From Flaccisagitta enflata (taxonomy: Eukaryota), in assembly GCA_965153355.1 (NCBI GenBank), contig OZ231126.1, positions 12,834,001 to 12,898,000 on the forward strand: a stretch of 64,000 nucleotides of DNA, given 5' to 3'. Of the stretch, positions 1 to 16,020 are shown one piece after another. The notes beneath the pieces were generated by a model. That model was given only the letters and a program-made list of their open reading frames with translations. It had not been told where the DNA came from and did no database searches. The position numbers and the translations under genes were made by a program. Positions within the stretch are counted from its first letter, which is position 1, and the number at the start of each line of letters is the position of its first letter.

Positions 1-84
<84 letters not shown>
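1..84. repeat. (TATC)n microsatellite
   Basis: Directly visible. Confidence 0.97.
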
Positions 85-85
<1 letters not shown>

Positions 86-360
86 GGCCTGAAATGATAC
101 TCTCCACTTAGTCTTCGGATACAATAGATGGGAAAGTGTAGGATCCCTACGTGATTCTTTCGTTTACAAATCATTAGTTGTATCAAAAAACAAGTTTGAT
201 GCGTCGCTGTTGTCTCACAGCAATCCTATAATTTCTCATCTTGCGCGCCATATTGAAGTTGAGTCTGAATAACTCGTTGCTTTTGGTAGTTTGTAGATGA
301 TCGTTGATTTGTATGATTCTGTCTCTTAATTGATGACGAATCAAAAGAAACAAGGCCGTA

Positions 361-934
361 CAGTAGATGTCATCTAGACTTGGAAATACGGGGGAATTCA
401 TTCCAGGTAGACAAATAAACTTAAACGACTGATATTTGGAATATAGACTAGTAAAAGGATGCTTTATTGCCCATGGGTGTTGGTTGCCATGGAAACACAT
501 TTCCATGTATTCACGCTAAAGTATCAATATTTTGAGAAATTTTTTGAGGGACCATTGATTAAAATAAAATTTGCTACAACTTTCCCACAATATGTTCTGT
601 AAGAATATCGCTCGTTGGGCGGTTGCTAGGGGGCATCACAGGGCTGTCACACATAGTTACGCTCCCTAGCAACGGCTAAACGAGCAATATTCTTACGGAA
701 CATATTGTGGGAAAGTTGTAGCAAATTTTATTTTAAACAATGTTCCCTCAAAAAATTTCTCAAAATATTGATACTTTAGCGTGGATACATGGAAATGTGT
801 TTCCATGGCAACCATCACCCATGGGCAATAAAGCATCCTTTTATTGGTCTATGTTTCAAATATCAGTCTCCTAAGTATATTTGTCTTCCTGTAATGAATT
901 CCCCCGTATTTCCAAGTCTAGACGACATTTACTG
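361..934. mobile_element. 574-bp palindromic MITE, Tc1/mariner/pogo type, copy 1
   Basis: CAGTAGATG...CATTTACTG termini, TA on both sides (359-360, 935-936); arms ~274 bp around a 26-bp spacer (635-660); splits the HINE end AAACAAGGCCG-TA-TACACG. Confidence 0.92.
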
Positions 935-1088
935 TATACACGAGCCGAAGTCGCGTGCAGCAACGCAGCAATGCAAAAACTGCCCGTTAAGCCGAAAAAG
1001 CTAACGGAGACCGACGGACGGACCGACCGACCGACCGACGGATATAGCGGGTTGTCTTTCTACCTTTCATATAAAAACCTTCTTGCAG

Positions 1089-1319
1089 GGGACGAAGAGC
1101 ATAAACCAAAAGTCTCTGTTGAAGGATTAGGAAAATTGATTTGGGGCAACACCGGAGCTGTTACCGACGATGAAATCTTTGAAGAAATCCTTGGAGAAAT
1201 AATCAACGACGAAGTCGTCAACAACGACGACGACGACGTCGTTATGGAGACGCCTAACGGGGAAACGACGACGTTTTCGATGGCAACGAACAGCCGACCC
1301 CTCGACGATTTTTCCCAAC
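1089..1319 (+). CDS. Internal coding exon A of an unidentified gene (acidic: GDEEHKPKVSVEGLGKLIWGNTGAVTDDEIFEEILGEIINDEVV...PLDDFSQ)
   Basis: Acceptor ccttcttgcAG ends at 1088; donor C|GTGAGT at 1320; 231 bp, phase 1 at both ends, open frame; joins exon B in frame. Upstream exons not seen. Confidence 0.7.
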
Positions 1320-1334
1320 GTGAGTGTTTGTAGC

Positions 1335-2680
<1,346 letters not shown>

Positions 2681-3220
2681 GCCAGTTTTATTCTCCGGGT
2701 GTGGTTGCTCTCGGTTGGGAGGCAGTGGCCACAGTCCCCAGAGCGTGGGGGGTCACGTGCTAGGGGCCACGTGGCGTGGACACGGAATATGATCTAATGT
2801 CATGCCCACGGTTTTTTTTTGTCACATAGTGTTGGTTGAGAGGAGCAAAGGAAAAAAAAAGAGGAGAGCATGAGAGTAAGAAATAATAGAATTTAAAAAG
2901 ACAGGAAAAAAGGATTAGAATGAAAGAAGCAAAACAAGTGACTCACTTAAAATCTGAGTAAGTTAAGAAAAAACTAAGTAAGATTGAAAGAAAGAAAACA
3001 AGTGACGAGGGGTCACAATATCGTTGCAGACGGGTGGGCAGCGGCATCCAACCCCCATACACACCCCATCCCATCCCCAAAACGTATCTTAATTCTTAAA
3101 TGCTTGTTTTCCCACTTTTCAACTCGATGACCCCAGACAGACGAACCATCGGACCGACGGACGGACGGACAGACAAAGCCTCTCATTGAGTTGCGTGTCA
3201 CACCTAAAAAGAAAGAATAA

Positions 3221-3303
<83 letters not shown>

Positions 3304-3784
3304 GAAGAAAGAAAGAAAGAAAGAATAGATCCTAATTTTCCCCTTACTGGTTTTGAATTTTTGCTCTATCGTTTTGAAAGAATCTACTACTCTCAGTGAT
3401 CATTTCTTGTCCCTATGAATAAGAGGAAGTAATGCCTTTATCATACTAGGTTTTCATTTACTAATAAGATAATTCTTTACTACAAATTATGAATTTTTCT
3501 TTTAAATCATAATCATTAATCTGTATAGTTATAAATAGTCTGCAACCGAAACTTTGCCTTCGTTTGCACTCTGACTTATCTTGTTCTTTTCCTTCTTTAT
3601 CTTCCTCTTTATCTTCTTATTCTTGTCTTTATCTTTATCTCTTTCTTTGTCTTTTTCATCTTCTTCTTCTTCTTCTTCTTCTTCTTCTTCTTCTTCTTCT
3701 TCTTCTTCTTCTTCTTCTTCTTCTTCTTCTTCTTCTTCTTCTTGTTCTTCTTCTTCTTCTTCTTCTTTTTCTTCTCCTTTTTAG

Positions 3785-3883
3785 CCATCATCGACAACAA
3801 GGCGGACGATGAAGCGTCGATTTATTGTTACGATATCGAACCGCTGGACGAAAAGTTGTTGGCTGATTCGGAAGCAAAAGATG
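3785..3883 (+). CDS. Internal coding exon B of the same gene (PIIDNKADDEASIYCYDIEPLDEKLLADSEAKD)
   Basis: Long pyrimidine tract plus tttttAG acceptor (3783-3784); donor G|GTGAGT at 3884; 99 bp, phase 1/1, no stops. Confidence 0.75.
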
Positions 3884-3932
3884 GTGAGTATTTGTAGCAT
3901 ACAACAAAACAACAACAGCAACAACAACAACC

Positions 3933-4035
<103 letters not shown>

Positions 4036-4841
4036 ACAAACAAACAAACAAACAAACAAACAAACAAACAATGCACAACAAACAGTGCACAATAGCTACA
4101 GTGGAACCCCGCAATAACGGATTTCAAGGGACTAGTTGTTTTTTTCCGGTTGTGCCGAATTCCGGTTTTGCCAAATTGACTATTCTTGATCATAAATTAG
4201 CAAAGAATAACTAAAGCTTTGATGCAAGAAGACAGAACACGTCTTGTAACAAAAATATAACGTGAAAAGCGGTAATGAAAACAAATAGGAACAGATAAGT
4301 ATATGGCAAAAAGAATGTCAGAATGACAGACTGGCAGACAGACAGACAGGAAGAAAGGCAATTAGGAAGACAGGAATATTGACATTTGAACGAATCCAAA
4401 TAGACAGATGAAAAGATAATCAGACCAAAAGACATGAAGAGAAAAAAAAAAATAAAAAAAAATTGAGAGACAGACAGACTAAGAAATAAACAAGGTCAGA
4501 TACACGGCGAGACACTCGCGAATGGTTGGGCAGGGGCCGCTTGCAATTCAAAAATATTTGTGACAGACCAACAGATCAACCAACACGGCAAGGTGTAGAG
4601 TCGCGTGTCTGCGTCTAAAAAGAAGCGATAAACCTCGCTTATGTTACAAAACATACAAAGTGTGCGTACCTTGAAGTTGAGACAAATGTTTGCATGCGGG
4701 TTTCCTCTTCATAAAAGATCGAGTAACTTCATTTTTCGGCAATGAAAAAATGAATCTTTGGTAAAGTTATTTTTGTAAGATGCAAGATATTTATTGTTGG
4801 AGATGGATAAAGTAAATGATCAGTCATACATCAGGTAAAGA

Positions 4842-4925
<84 letters not shown>

Positions 4926-6014
4926 TGATGGCAACAATTTCACCACTAGCTTCGCGGCGATCGCCATCAATGGATGCCGATTTTCCGTTATTGGCCTAGG
5001 GATTACTGGCCTTCGGACCGCTCAGATCATGCGGATTAGACGAACTTTTTGATACAGGCGAAGCCGGTTCTAGCGGGATTTTTATACAAAGAAATAAAAG
5101 AGAAAATGCAGGGACCAATGAAAACTTTCCACTATTGCTGGGTTTCCGTTACTCTTGGGTTCGTTATTGCAAAATTTAACTGTATCAAAATTTTCTTTAG
5201 CTCGTTGTCGTAACTCAGTCCCACCGGTACTTTCCCCAGAAGCGTGTTATTCTCATGTGAAAGAGTTGAAGCAATCACAATTTTCAAGCCTGCTTTTCTC
5301 ATTTCTCAACAGAGAATCCGAATTGTCCAGAATGCCCCAGATTAACAGCAAGGCTTAAAATGGAGGAAAGCAAAAACGAGGCTCTCCGAAAAGATCTGAC
5401 GTTTTATAAACGCGAAGCCGCTGGACATCGATCTAAGATGTCCAAGGTGGGAGCCTCATGACATGATGATAATTATGATGACAGTCACGACTGACGGTCA
5501 AAGCGATGACGACGGTTTGGACAGTTGATGGCAAGTAAACGGTGATGACAATGACAGTGGTGACAATGACGGTTTCAGTGACGATGACGACATTGTGAGC
5601 CTACGCCCTTTGTTTTTTAGCTATCTTAAGAGATTCTGCAAGTCTGTGCGCTGACTCTTTTATCTGGCTGGCGGCGGAGACATTGACGATGACTGTGAAG
5701 ATCATGAGGATGATGACAACACTGACAGTGGCGCTTATGACGATGACAATGGTTTAAACAATTACAGTTACGGTGATGACGATGATTATGACAATGATGA
5801 TGACATTGGCAGTGATGATGACGACATTGAGGACGGTGACGGTGACGATCATGACTATGATGAAGACGACAATCCGGCCCCCCATTTGTTTTCATGAAAG
5901 TTGTCAGTCAGCGTAGTCAGAAGTTATTTTATTTCATAAGAGACTACTATAAAAGAGACATGAGCCTGAGATTTGCCAGAATTCAAAGCAGAAAATATTT
6001 CTGTTTTTTGTATT

Positions 6015-6184
6015 AAACAAGGCCGGATACACGGCAGGACAGTCGCGGACGGTTTGGCAGGGGGCGCTAATGCAAAAACTGCTCGCAATTTAAAAAGGTT
6101 ACGGGACGGACCGACGGACCGACCGACCTACCGACCTACCGACCGACACGGCAAGGTGTAGAGTCGCGTGTCCGCGACTAAAAA
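6015..6184 (-). mobile_element. DINE-1/HINE-like element, family A (representative; others near 4487, 7478, 9443, 9920, 11556, 34723, 41525/45186, 48260)
   Basis: Read on the minus strand: T-run, AGTCGCG..CGCGACT hairpin, (GTCY/GGTC)n microsatellite, subterminal inverted copy of the hairpin arm, GCCG-TGTATC-CGGC stem-loop, CTTGTTT end; no TSD. This is the known layout of Helentron-associated non-autonomous elements. Confidence 0.8.
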
Positions 6185-6438
6185 CATCATATGAAAGTTG
6201 GCTTCCATTACATACGCATACATACCTAAAATATGGTTTTTTTGAAACACTATCAAAATTCCTTAGGTATATAGTTACTTTTTACTAAATGCGTCATATT
6301 TCTTCTATTAAAAACAAAAATAAGATTTTAAGTGTATTTTAGAAATATGAAAAATATTTTAGGGGAAGGGTACTGTTAGAGCTGTCGGAATTTTTTTTTT
6401 CTAATATAGTAATTCATTTATTCAAAATATTCATTCAC

Positions 6439-6543
6439 ACAACAACAACAAGACAACAACAACAACAACACTACCACCACCACCGTTACCACCACTACCA
6501 CCACCAACAACAACAACAACAAATACAACAACAACAACAACAA

Positions 6544-6635
<92 letters not shown>

Positions 6636-6637
6636 TT

Positions 6638-6722
<85 letters not shown>

Positions 6723-6724
6723 GC

Positions 6725-6762
<38 letters not shown>

Positions 6763-6763
6763 C
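6439..6763. repeat. (CAA)n microsatellite
   Basis: Directly visible. Confidence 0.95.
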
Positions 6764-7153
6764 GTACTCCACCACTGATGACATCAACTGTAAGAAAAAC
6801 TGTAACAAGAAATATGCTACACTGTGCCCAGATGAGAAACACTGACGTTTTTCAATCATCTGCTAACTATGCGATTTGAGCAATTACTGACCAAAATCTT
6901 ATATGAAAATGTTTATAAAAGCAGTGTAATGACAAGCATAGACAGACAGAAAATCAAGGCAGGTTACACGGCAATCCAGTCGCGGACAGTTGGGCAGGAG
7001 CAGCAGTGCTAAAACCGTTCGGAATTCAACAAGTGACGCGGGGTCACAAGATCGTTGCGGACGGGTGGGCATGGGCGATCAGCCCCCATCCACACTCAAA
7101 TATTCACAAAAAGTCTCAAAAACGCCTATTTTTTTTTCAATTTCCATTCGATC

Positions 7154-7190
<37 letters not shown>

Positions 7191-7300
7191 AGAGACAGAC
7201 ACACAGACAGACAGGCACACACACAGTGGCGGTCAGACTGAGCTCTAGTTTTGAGTCAAACCATGTGGCGTGCTCACTCTGCATGAGCACGGAATCATGG

Positions 7301-7399
<99 letters not shown>

Positions 7400-7977
7400 T
7401 ATCGTCGCTAATCCGCAACAAAAAAGACGAGAAGACAATGAAAGGAAATGAAAATGGAAAAGAAGGAGGAGATAAAAAAAAAGGGTGGATATACGGCAGG
7501 ACAGTCGCGGACGGTTGGGCAGGAGCAGTGATGTAAAAACCGCTCGGAATTCAGAAATCCGACAGACGGACGGACGGACGGATGGACGGACGGACCAACC
7601 GACCGACCGACCGACCGACCGACCGACCGACAGACATGGCAAGGTGTAGAGTTGTGAAGAAGAGGAAAAAAAAGAAAAAGAAGAAGAAGAAGAAGAAGAA
7701 GAAGGAGAAGGAGAAGAAGAAGAAGAAGAAGAAGAAGAAGAAGAAGAAGAAGAAGACCATGATTCTCTCGAATATGTCAAAAAGTCGAAGACTGACTTTT
7801 TTCCCGATTACCGTAATCTTCTTTTTTGGATTTTCTATAAATTGAAAAATATAAGAAAAATTTAAGGAAACTTGAGCCTCAAAACAGCTGAAAATTTAGG
7901 AGAACCCAGGCTGAGTTAAAAAATGTTGTCTCTTATAAAATAAAAAAAATTGTTGTCATAATGGTCATTTTGATGAT

Positions 7978-8042
<65 letters not shown>

Positions 8043-8131
8043 CTGTCTGTCTGTCAGTCTGATGATGATGAATTGATCAAAAAAACCTTTTGCATTTTGA
8101 CACACCCGACTCTCTCATGCACCTTTTTCAG

Positions 8132-8425
8132 CCATTGAAGCGTTTGTGGTTTGTCGCGCAAAGAAGCAGCAGAAGCGAAAACCCGTCAGATTGCGGCGCC
8201 TTTTTTCACCCGACGGACAAGTTCAAGATTGTCATGAACGATTCGGTTTTCCAGCAGCACCACTTGCCTCAAGGGCAAACTCTGTCCAAGTACAAGGATA
8301 CGGTGAATCGGGAAAGGTTGCTGGCGACCTCAGATGTCGAACCTCGGCATCTTATCGCTCGCAGTAAAGAACCGCATTTTTCACATTTTACTTTTTGCTC
8401 GGATTTTCACCTCCTTTTCCCATAA
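8132..8425 (+). CDS. Probable terminal exon C encoding a ubiquitin-like/UBX-like domain; apparent +1 frameshift at 8201-8206
   Basis: Acceptor acctttttcAG ends at 8131. Phase-1 frame reads AIEAFVVCRAKKQQKRKPVRLRRLF; removing one T continues HPTDKFKIVMNDSVFQQHHLPQGQTLSKYKDTVNRERLLATSDVEPRHLIAR, which by eye parallels ubiquitin EPSDTIENVK...GIPPDQ...RTLSDYNI and the UBX RLxRRFxxSD pattern. 3' end uncertain (stop 8423-8425 in the shifted frame, 8365-8367 in the unshifted frame). Confidence 0.5.
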   Translation, partial: PLKRLWFVAQRSSRSENPSDCGAFFHPTDKFKIVMNDSVFQQHHLPQGQTLSKYKDTVNRERLLATSDVEPRHLIARSKEPHFSHFTFCSDFHLLFP

Positions 8426-8774
8426 ACGGGCTTGATTTGACTCTTGAGAGGACGTTACGGAATGACTGATAAATGGATGCACCGCTAGACAGAAGGACAG
8501 ATTAATTGATAGGCATGGACTAATTTGTGGAGAAATAAGGATAACTAATGCAATGATAAAATTCGTAACTTGGGTTGTTGTCAAAACAAAATTAAAATGT
8601 TTTTTTTTGGTATTAATCATCTGTTTTCATTCGGAGGCAATCTTATAAATTTCTATCAGAAGAGTTATGATATTAGTTACGATTCTCAGAGTTAAGATTT
8701 ACCCTCGATCGATCGATCGATCGATTGATCGGTCTCGGAGAATCCTTAATCTCATGTCATTACTGATTTCGCGA

Positions 8775-8850
<76 letters not shown>

Positions 8851-8856
8851 GGTGTT

Positions 8857-8908
<52 letters not shown>

Positions 8909-8912
8909 CGTC

Positions 8913-8988
<76 letters not shown>

Positions 8989-9021
8989 TTGTTGTGGTTG
9001 TGGTTGTGGTTGTGATTGTGG

Positions 9022-9085
<64 letters not shown>

Positions 9086-9350
9086 CTTTGTAATGTTGTT
9101 GTTCATTGCCCTTCTCGATGATGACCGTGCAATCAGCTGACATGGCAATTCGGGTTGTCATGACATCCCCATCCCTCTCCTCCTCCTCCTCCTCCTCCTC
9201 CTCCACCACCACCACCACCACCACCACCACCACCACCACCACCAGCCATACCCCCAACGCCATCGCTACCGCCGCCACCCCCACAACCACCACCACCACC
9301 ATCCCTACCACCCCCACCACCATCATCCCTACCACCCCCACCACCACCGC
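8775..9350. repeat. (GTT)n followed by (TCC)n/(ACC)n tracts
   Basis: Directly visible. Confidence 0.93.
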
Positions 9351-11095
9351 TCCATAAAACGTGTCATTGTCATTGACAAATGTTTTCTTTCTTGTCCATT
9401 TTTCATCGATTGCTTACAAATCAATTCTTACTCAACCACTTGCAAACAAGGCCAACACCTTACAGTCGCGTGCGGTTGTTAAGACCATAAGACCAAAAAA
9501 CCAAAAGACTAAATGTAAATTCACTTAAAATGACTTTAAATAACTTGAAACAATTTGAAATAATTTAAAATGATGTAAAACGACAAGAATAAGCTAAGCG
9601 TGATAGACAGACAGACAGATGGACCGACAGACAGACAGACGGACAGAGTGGGTTGTAAAGTCGCGTGTACGCGACTAAAAAATGAATGAAGAAGCTGCGA
9701 AGACTCAATTCCTGATTTGAAACAACATCACAACGACTTTTATTCAATGACAAACTGATTTCGTTGGTACTGTTTTGGTCGCATCAACGTGGCCGGTTGG
9801 TCGGTTTGTCAGTCATTATGTCAGACTGTCCACCACTTGTAGGATTAGGATTAGGATAAGCTAATGTTCTATCGTTCAGATATCGCTCCATAAAATGCGG
9901 GAATCTTCAGAGTAAACTGAAAACAAGGCTGTATACACGGCTACCCCAGTAGCTTGCGGGTGGGCAGGAGCGGTGATGGAGACAGGCATAGGTGTATTTG
10001 GGCAAGACCAGTAGACTAAAAAGCTCAAAAACGCCGAAAGAAATAAAAAGGGGAGCGACCGACCAACCAACCTACCAACCAACCGACCGACCGACCAACC
10101 GACATTGCGGGCTGTAGCGGGCACGCGACTAAAAACAATTTCACGAATATTGTTTTTTTACCGTTTAAAGTTTCTTTTAGTTTCTATAGATATCGCTTTA
10201 GCACTTGTCTCCGCTTTTTGTAATGTGCGATAAAACTCATGTGCATATAGCTGTTGTGGCTATGACGGGGTAATTGTCCTAATTTATGATATGACGGTAA
10301 TTTCAAGAAAGATCGTTGCTTGTCAAAGGTGTCAGGTGAGTGCTTAGGTTCTTGTTCGGAAATATTTACCCATAATGCGTTGTGTAAGCCTACTTTTATG
10401 ACATGTTAAGTCGGCACTGCTTAATTTTCGAAAGTTTGATAATATCCACTGGAACTCCATGAACCACTAATTTGGCAAGTAAATAAAAAAAAAAAATTTG
10501 GCAAATACGTAGAGAAAATAAGGCCAAGAGATGTCCAACAGATGCGTCCTCTTTTGACGAGACGTTTAGGAGCCATGAGAGAAAAAAGATAGAGAAGAGG
10601 CAAAAAAGATAGAAAAGAGGCAAAACGACAAAAAAGACAAAAAAGACAAAAGTGACAAAAGAGACAAAAGAGACAAAAGGGACATAAGAAATAAAAGAAA
10701 CATGAAGAGACATAAAGAGAAATGAAGGGAAAATCGTAAAAATCGTGTTTTGAAAATTTCTTGTGACGGACGTAGGTAGGCAGGTAGGTAGGGACACACC
10801 CTCTCATAGAGATGCGAGGACGCATCTGAAAAAAGAAAGAAAAAGAATACGTAGTACGTAGTACGTGTTACAGCCGGATGGTGGATCACTTTGACTTGCC
10901 AGAGGGGATAGTTTCCGGGTGTAACACATTACACTCATCGTCGCCTATGACGAGGGAGAGGCTATGGGCACTTATGTTCGACCCTCATCGTCGGACCACA
11001 TCACTCCACGCAACTGTGAGCGTCAGATGATTGCACGCCTAGGCCACGCAGTGAGCGTCAGGTCGAAGACGCGCCGAAAGTATCATCTTGAGGGA

Positions 11096-11140
<45 letters not shown>

Positions 11141-11909
11141 TCTCTCTCTCATTGCCCTTCTTCCTGATAGTCACAAAACATCTCCGTTCCTCAGTTCTCC
11201 CTGACTGTTCGTATTGTTTACGTTACTTCCATCCTGCTCGCGTCATTTTAGGGCGGTGATTTGTCGAGAAAGGGGGATGGGCGGTCAAGGGCGGTGATTT
11301 GTCGAGAACGGGGGCCAGTGCGCGTCACTTAGAGGGGACTTTGTCACATCTACGTCAACATTCAATAACGACACGATTGACGTCACGTCAAACAGCGCCA
11401 TCTCTTAACAGATGTCGTCTCCTTGTAAGCGACGACATGCGGAATGCCATCTACGCCGTGGAAGTCACTGGCGTATTGTGGACAATTAACGACATGCGCG
11501 TTTCTTTTAAAAACATTCTGAGAATTCAATTACGGTCGAGAAGACGAAAAGAAATAACAAGGCCGGATATACGGCTACCCCAGTCGCGTGCGGGTGGGCA
11601 GGGGCTGTATTTGAGGTCATTTGATCATTTGGGCCGGAGCAGTGAGGCAAGAGACCGCAAAAAAAAGTGAAGTGTGACAGACGGGCGGACTAACGGACGG
11701 ACGGACGGACCGACGGACCGACAAAGCGGGTTGAAGAGTCGCGTCGCACGCGACTAAAAATGTGTTTCACTCCATCTGAATATGCTTGTATTGATGCTAC
11801 ATTGATTTTTGTCGATGTTTTCGTCATGGGATTTTTAATAGAACTTTGTTATGTCAATGTCAATGTCAATGTCGCGTCATTTCCCGTTTGTCTACATCTC
11901 TCTTCCTCC

Positions 11910-12447
<538 letters not shown>

Positions 12448-12896
12448 TACTCCTTTCTCCCCCTCTTCTTTCATTCATTCATTCATAGCTCCCCTTCCTC
12501 TACCATAAGCACGCTCATCTAATAAAGAGCAGACTTCAAGTCTGTGTGCGTCTGCATCCTCTACAAACGCCGTTGACGTCAATTACGTCATTTCGACGAC
12601 CATTACATCACAGTCGTTGAGTCGCGTTGACACGCGTCGACTCGCTGGGGGGGGGGGGGATGATGGCCACTGGGAGGGGGGGGGTTCGATGGGACGTCAA
12701 GACTACATGACGGAATCATCCTAAGTCCATACCCGAAACCTGAAATTGTCATCATCCAAAGTTCAAGACGGTAGCAGTCTCAATTTCGCGACAAATTGTC
12801 ATGTCACGGTCAAACCTAAATCATACCACAAGCACGCATTGTCTGGTCATCCTTGTTCTCCTGCGCAGAAATCATCTCCGTCGTTTCCGTGAACGA

Positions 12897-13290
<394 letters not shown>

Positions 13291-15523
13291 GTTGTTACCG
13301 TCACCTTTGTCATAAATGATGATGGTCAATATGGTGATGACTGATCATCCTAATTGGTTTGCGCAATGTGAACCAAATGATAGCGTCTAGCGTCAATAAC
13401 TTGAATAGTACCACCGATGTGTGGTCAAAGAGTTATGCGGTTATCCAACTCTTATGTAGGCATGTGAGTAACTGATTGGTGAATCAACTCGCTCATATCA
13501 ACTTAAGTAATTGACCAACTCAAACTGAACTGACCAAATCATCGACAAAATGATGATTCAATCGTTGTCCTCGAATCTCATTGATTATGGGTTTCATTGC
13601 AGTTTTAATGCATCCATCTTCCCCTCGCGCGGTCATGGCCATCGTCTTAGTCGTCGTCGACGTCGTCATCGTCGTCATCACCGGCATCGTCATCGTCGTC
13701 ATCAACATTGTCGTCTTAGTTAATGTCAACATCATCGTTACAGTCAATTGAGGATTGACCTTGGTCGGGCTGACCAACTGATCACTTTCTTTTGCAAACA
13801 GGATAAGAATGAAGGCGAGGGGATGAGGATGGGGACGGATTGTGGATGAGGATGAATTGAGGATGAGAATGAGGAAGTGAAGGCATGAGGATGGGATGAG
13901 GGTAAGGACAAAATGAGGATGAGAACGAGTAGGTGAATATGGTCATGGAAGTCGAAAGTATGAGGACAAGGATGAAATAACGATCAGGACGGGCTGAGGA
14001 ACGGATGGGGGGGGGTAATCGACGAAGCACTTAAGGTAACAGTTGATGGAAATGAGGAGGAATAGGAGACAGGGAAAAGGGTGAGGAAGGAAGGCTAGGA
14101 CGGGAAGTTGTAGGAAAAACTGTACTTACAGAAGGGGTGGCGGAGGCTGCGGGAAGATGATAATAAGAATGAGCCTGAACGCTGTAATATGTAAATGAAG
14201 TTTAGAAACTTAATTGACAGAGTGAGCGTGGAACCAAGAGAAGCAGTAATTTTTGAGGAATAGCTTGGATCATGGAGTGTGAGGATGAACAAAATGTCGT
14301 CCATGCTCTTTGTCTCACGCTCAGTTGAGCAGAATCAGAATTGAGAAGGATGTGAAAAAAACGACAGAAAAATTTCGTTTGGTTTCATTTGCGTCTAAAT
14401 GATCATCTTACTGTTAGCGTGCTAATCCACCAAGCCCGCTCTTAATCTCTTTGTCTCTAACCCTGTCCCTCTGATTAACTCATGTTTTCCTATCGATCCG
14501 CAGGTTAATCTCTCTGTCTCTTGTCTGTCTGTCAGTCGATCTGCCGGTCTCTATGTCCATGTCTGTCTGTCTATCTGCCTTTCTCACTCTCTCTCTCTCT
14601 CTCTCTCTTTTTTTTTTTCTCTCTCTCTCTCAGTTACCCTTTCATAATTCCATCCCGGTACACAAACATATATCTATTGTCATTCCGCCAGTTGTAACAA
14701 CAGAGTGTAATGCGATCCAATAAACAAAAGAGTAGAAGCGCAAATCTCATTGGCCTTGACAGAGCCTCGATCGGGTCTTCCGCTTTTTGTCTTTTGATCA
14801 TCCATCTAATCGAGTTGAACCGGTGTCGCGACCTCGCGGCAACAATAAACCCAAAACCAAAAGAACACTTTATTAGCAAAGTCAATAAGAAAGAGCAACT
14901 CTTTTTTTTTTGGGGGGGGGGGGGATATTGACAATCGGTGGGCGCAAAGAACGAGCCGAGGTACAGCTGGATTTTGTTAGTTATCTGCTAATGCATAGAC
15001 AAACCTTGTTTCACTAAGGCTTGGCCGGCTGGTTGTCTGCTTCAAAACGGCGGTGGGAGACTGGTGAAAAAAAGAATAAGACAAACCTCTTCAAGCAAAG
15101 ACTAGGCAAAGATGTGTCCTCACTGTGTCATTTCGTTAAGTGAACTGCGCGCTGGGTGTGTGCGATATCGAGGGGGGAGGTGGAGGGACAGGCAGAATCT
15201 CAGAACAAATTCATCATCGTTTGATCGGGTCTGGGATCTTGCCACGGTCGAAAAGTACCGAGAAATGCGTGTTCTGCACAGGCGCAACGGATGGACGGAT
15301 TGACCGACGGACAGACAGACTGACGGACCGACAGCTTTTACGAAGGCGATATCATTGACAGCAACGACGACAACGATAAAGACATAGACGATAAAGACGC
15401 AGACGGTAATGATAATAACAACAACAACATGAAAATGACAACAACAACACTAAAATGAGATCGATGACGAAATCCGCTACGTCACATAATCAAAAACAAC
15501 AACGACGGGGTTCATCGGATGGG

Positions 15524-15587
<64 letters not shown>

Positions 15588-16020
15588 TCCCTGCGATTAT
15601 CGACACCTGAAACAACAGAATGAACAACAGGAGAACAACAAAAAGAACAACAGAAAGAAGGGTAACAACAAAAACATGGAGATTGAAATTCGGCATCTTT
15701 GAGAAGCTTAAAGACGCGATCGTCGCAGAGGGAGGTCGACAGTATTAAAGAAAGTGGCAGGGAAGGAAGAGAGGGAAAGAGGGAAGAAAGGCAGGAGGGG
15801 AGGAAGGAAGGAAGGATGAAAGGAAGGGAGGGAGGAAAGAAGGAGGGAAGAAAGGGGGAAGGGAGGTCGACAGTAATAAAGGAAGCGATTGGGAAGGAAG
15901 AGAGGGAAAGATGGAAGGAAGCCAGGAGGAGAGGAAGGAAGGAAGGAAGGATGAAAGGAAGGGAGGAAGGAAAGAAGGACAAAGGTAGGTCGACATTATT
16001 AAAGGAAGCGATTGAGAAGG

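Noticed and set aside
183-1004. MEMCFHGN... ORFs (also 51636-51884)
   Set aside because: Arise from both arms of the palindromic MITE and run into unrelated flanks.
8132-8367. Unshifted frame ...ERFGFP... as a USP-family deubiquitinase fragment
   Set aside because: Only IYCY and RFGFP are suggestive; codon pattern deteriorates after 8206, the frame soon stops, and no Cys/His box is seen.
15728-16018. ~130-bp triplication (GGTCGACAGTA.TAAAG units)
   Set aside because: Ordinary local tandem duplication in purine-rich low-complexity DNA.
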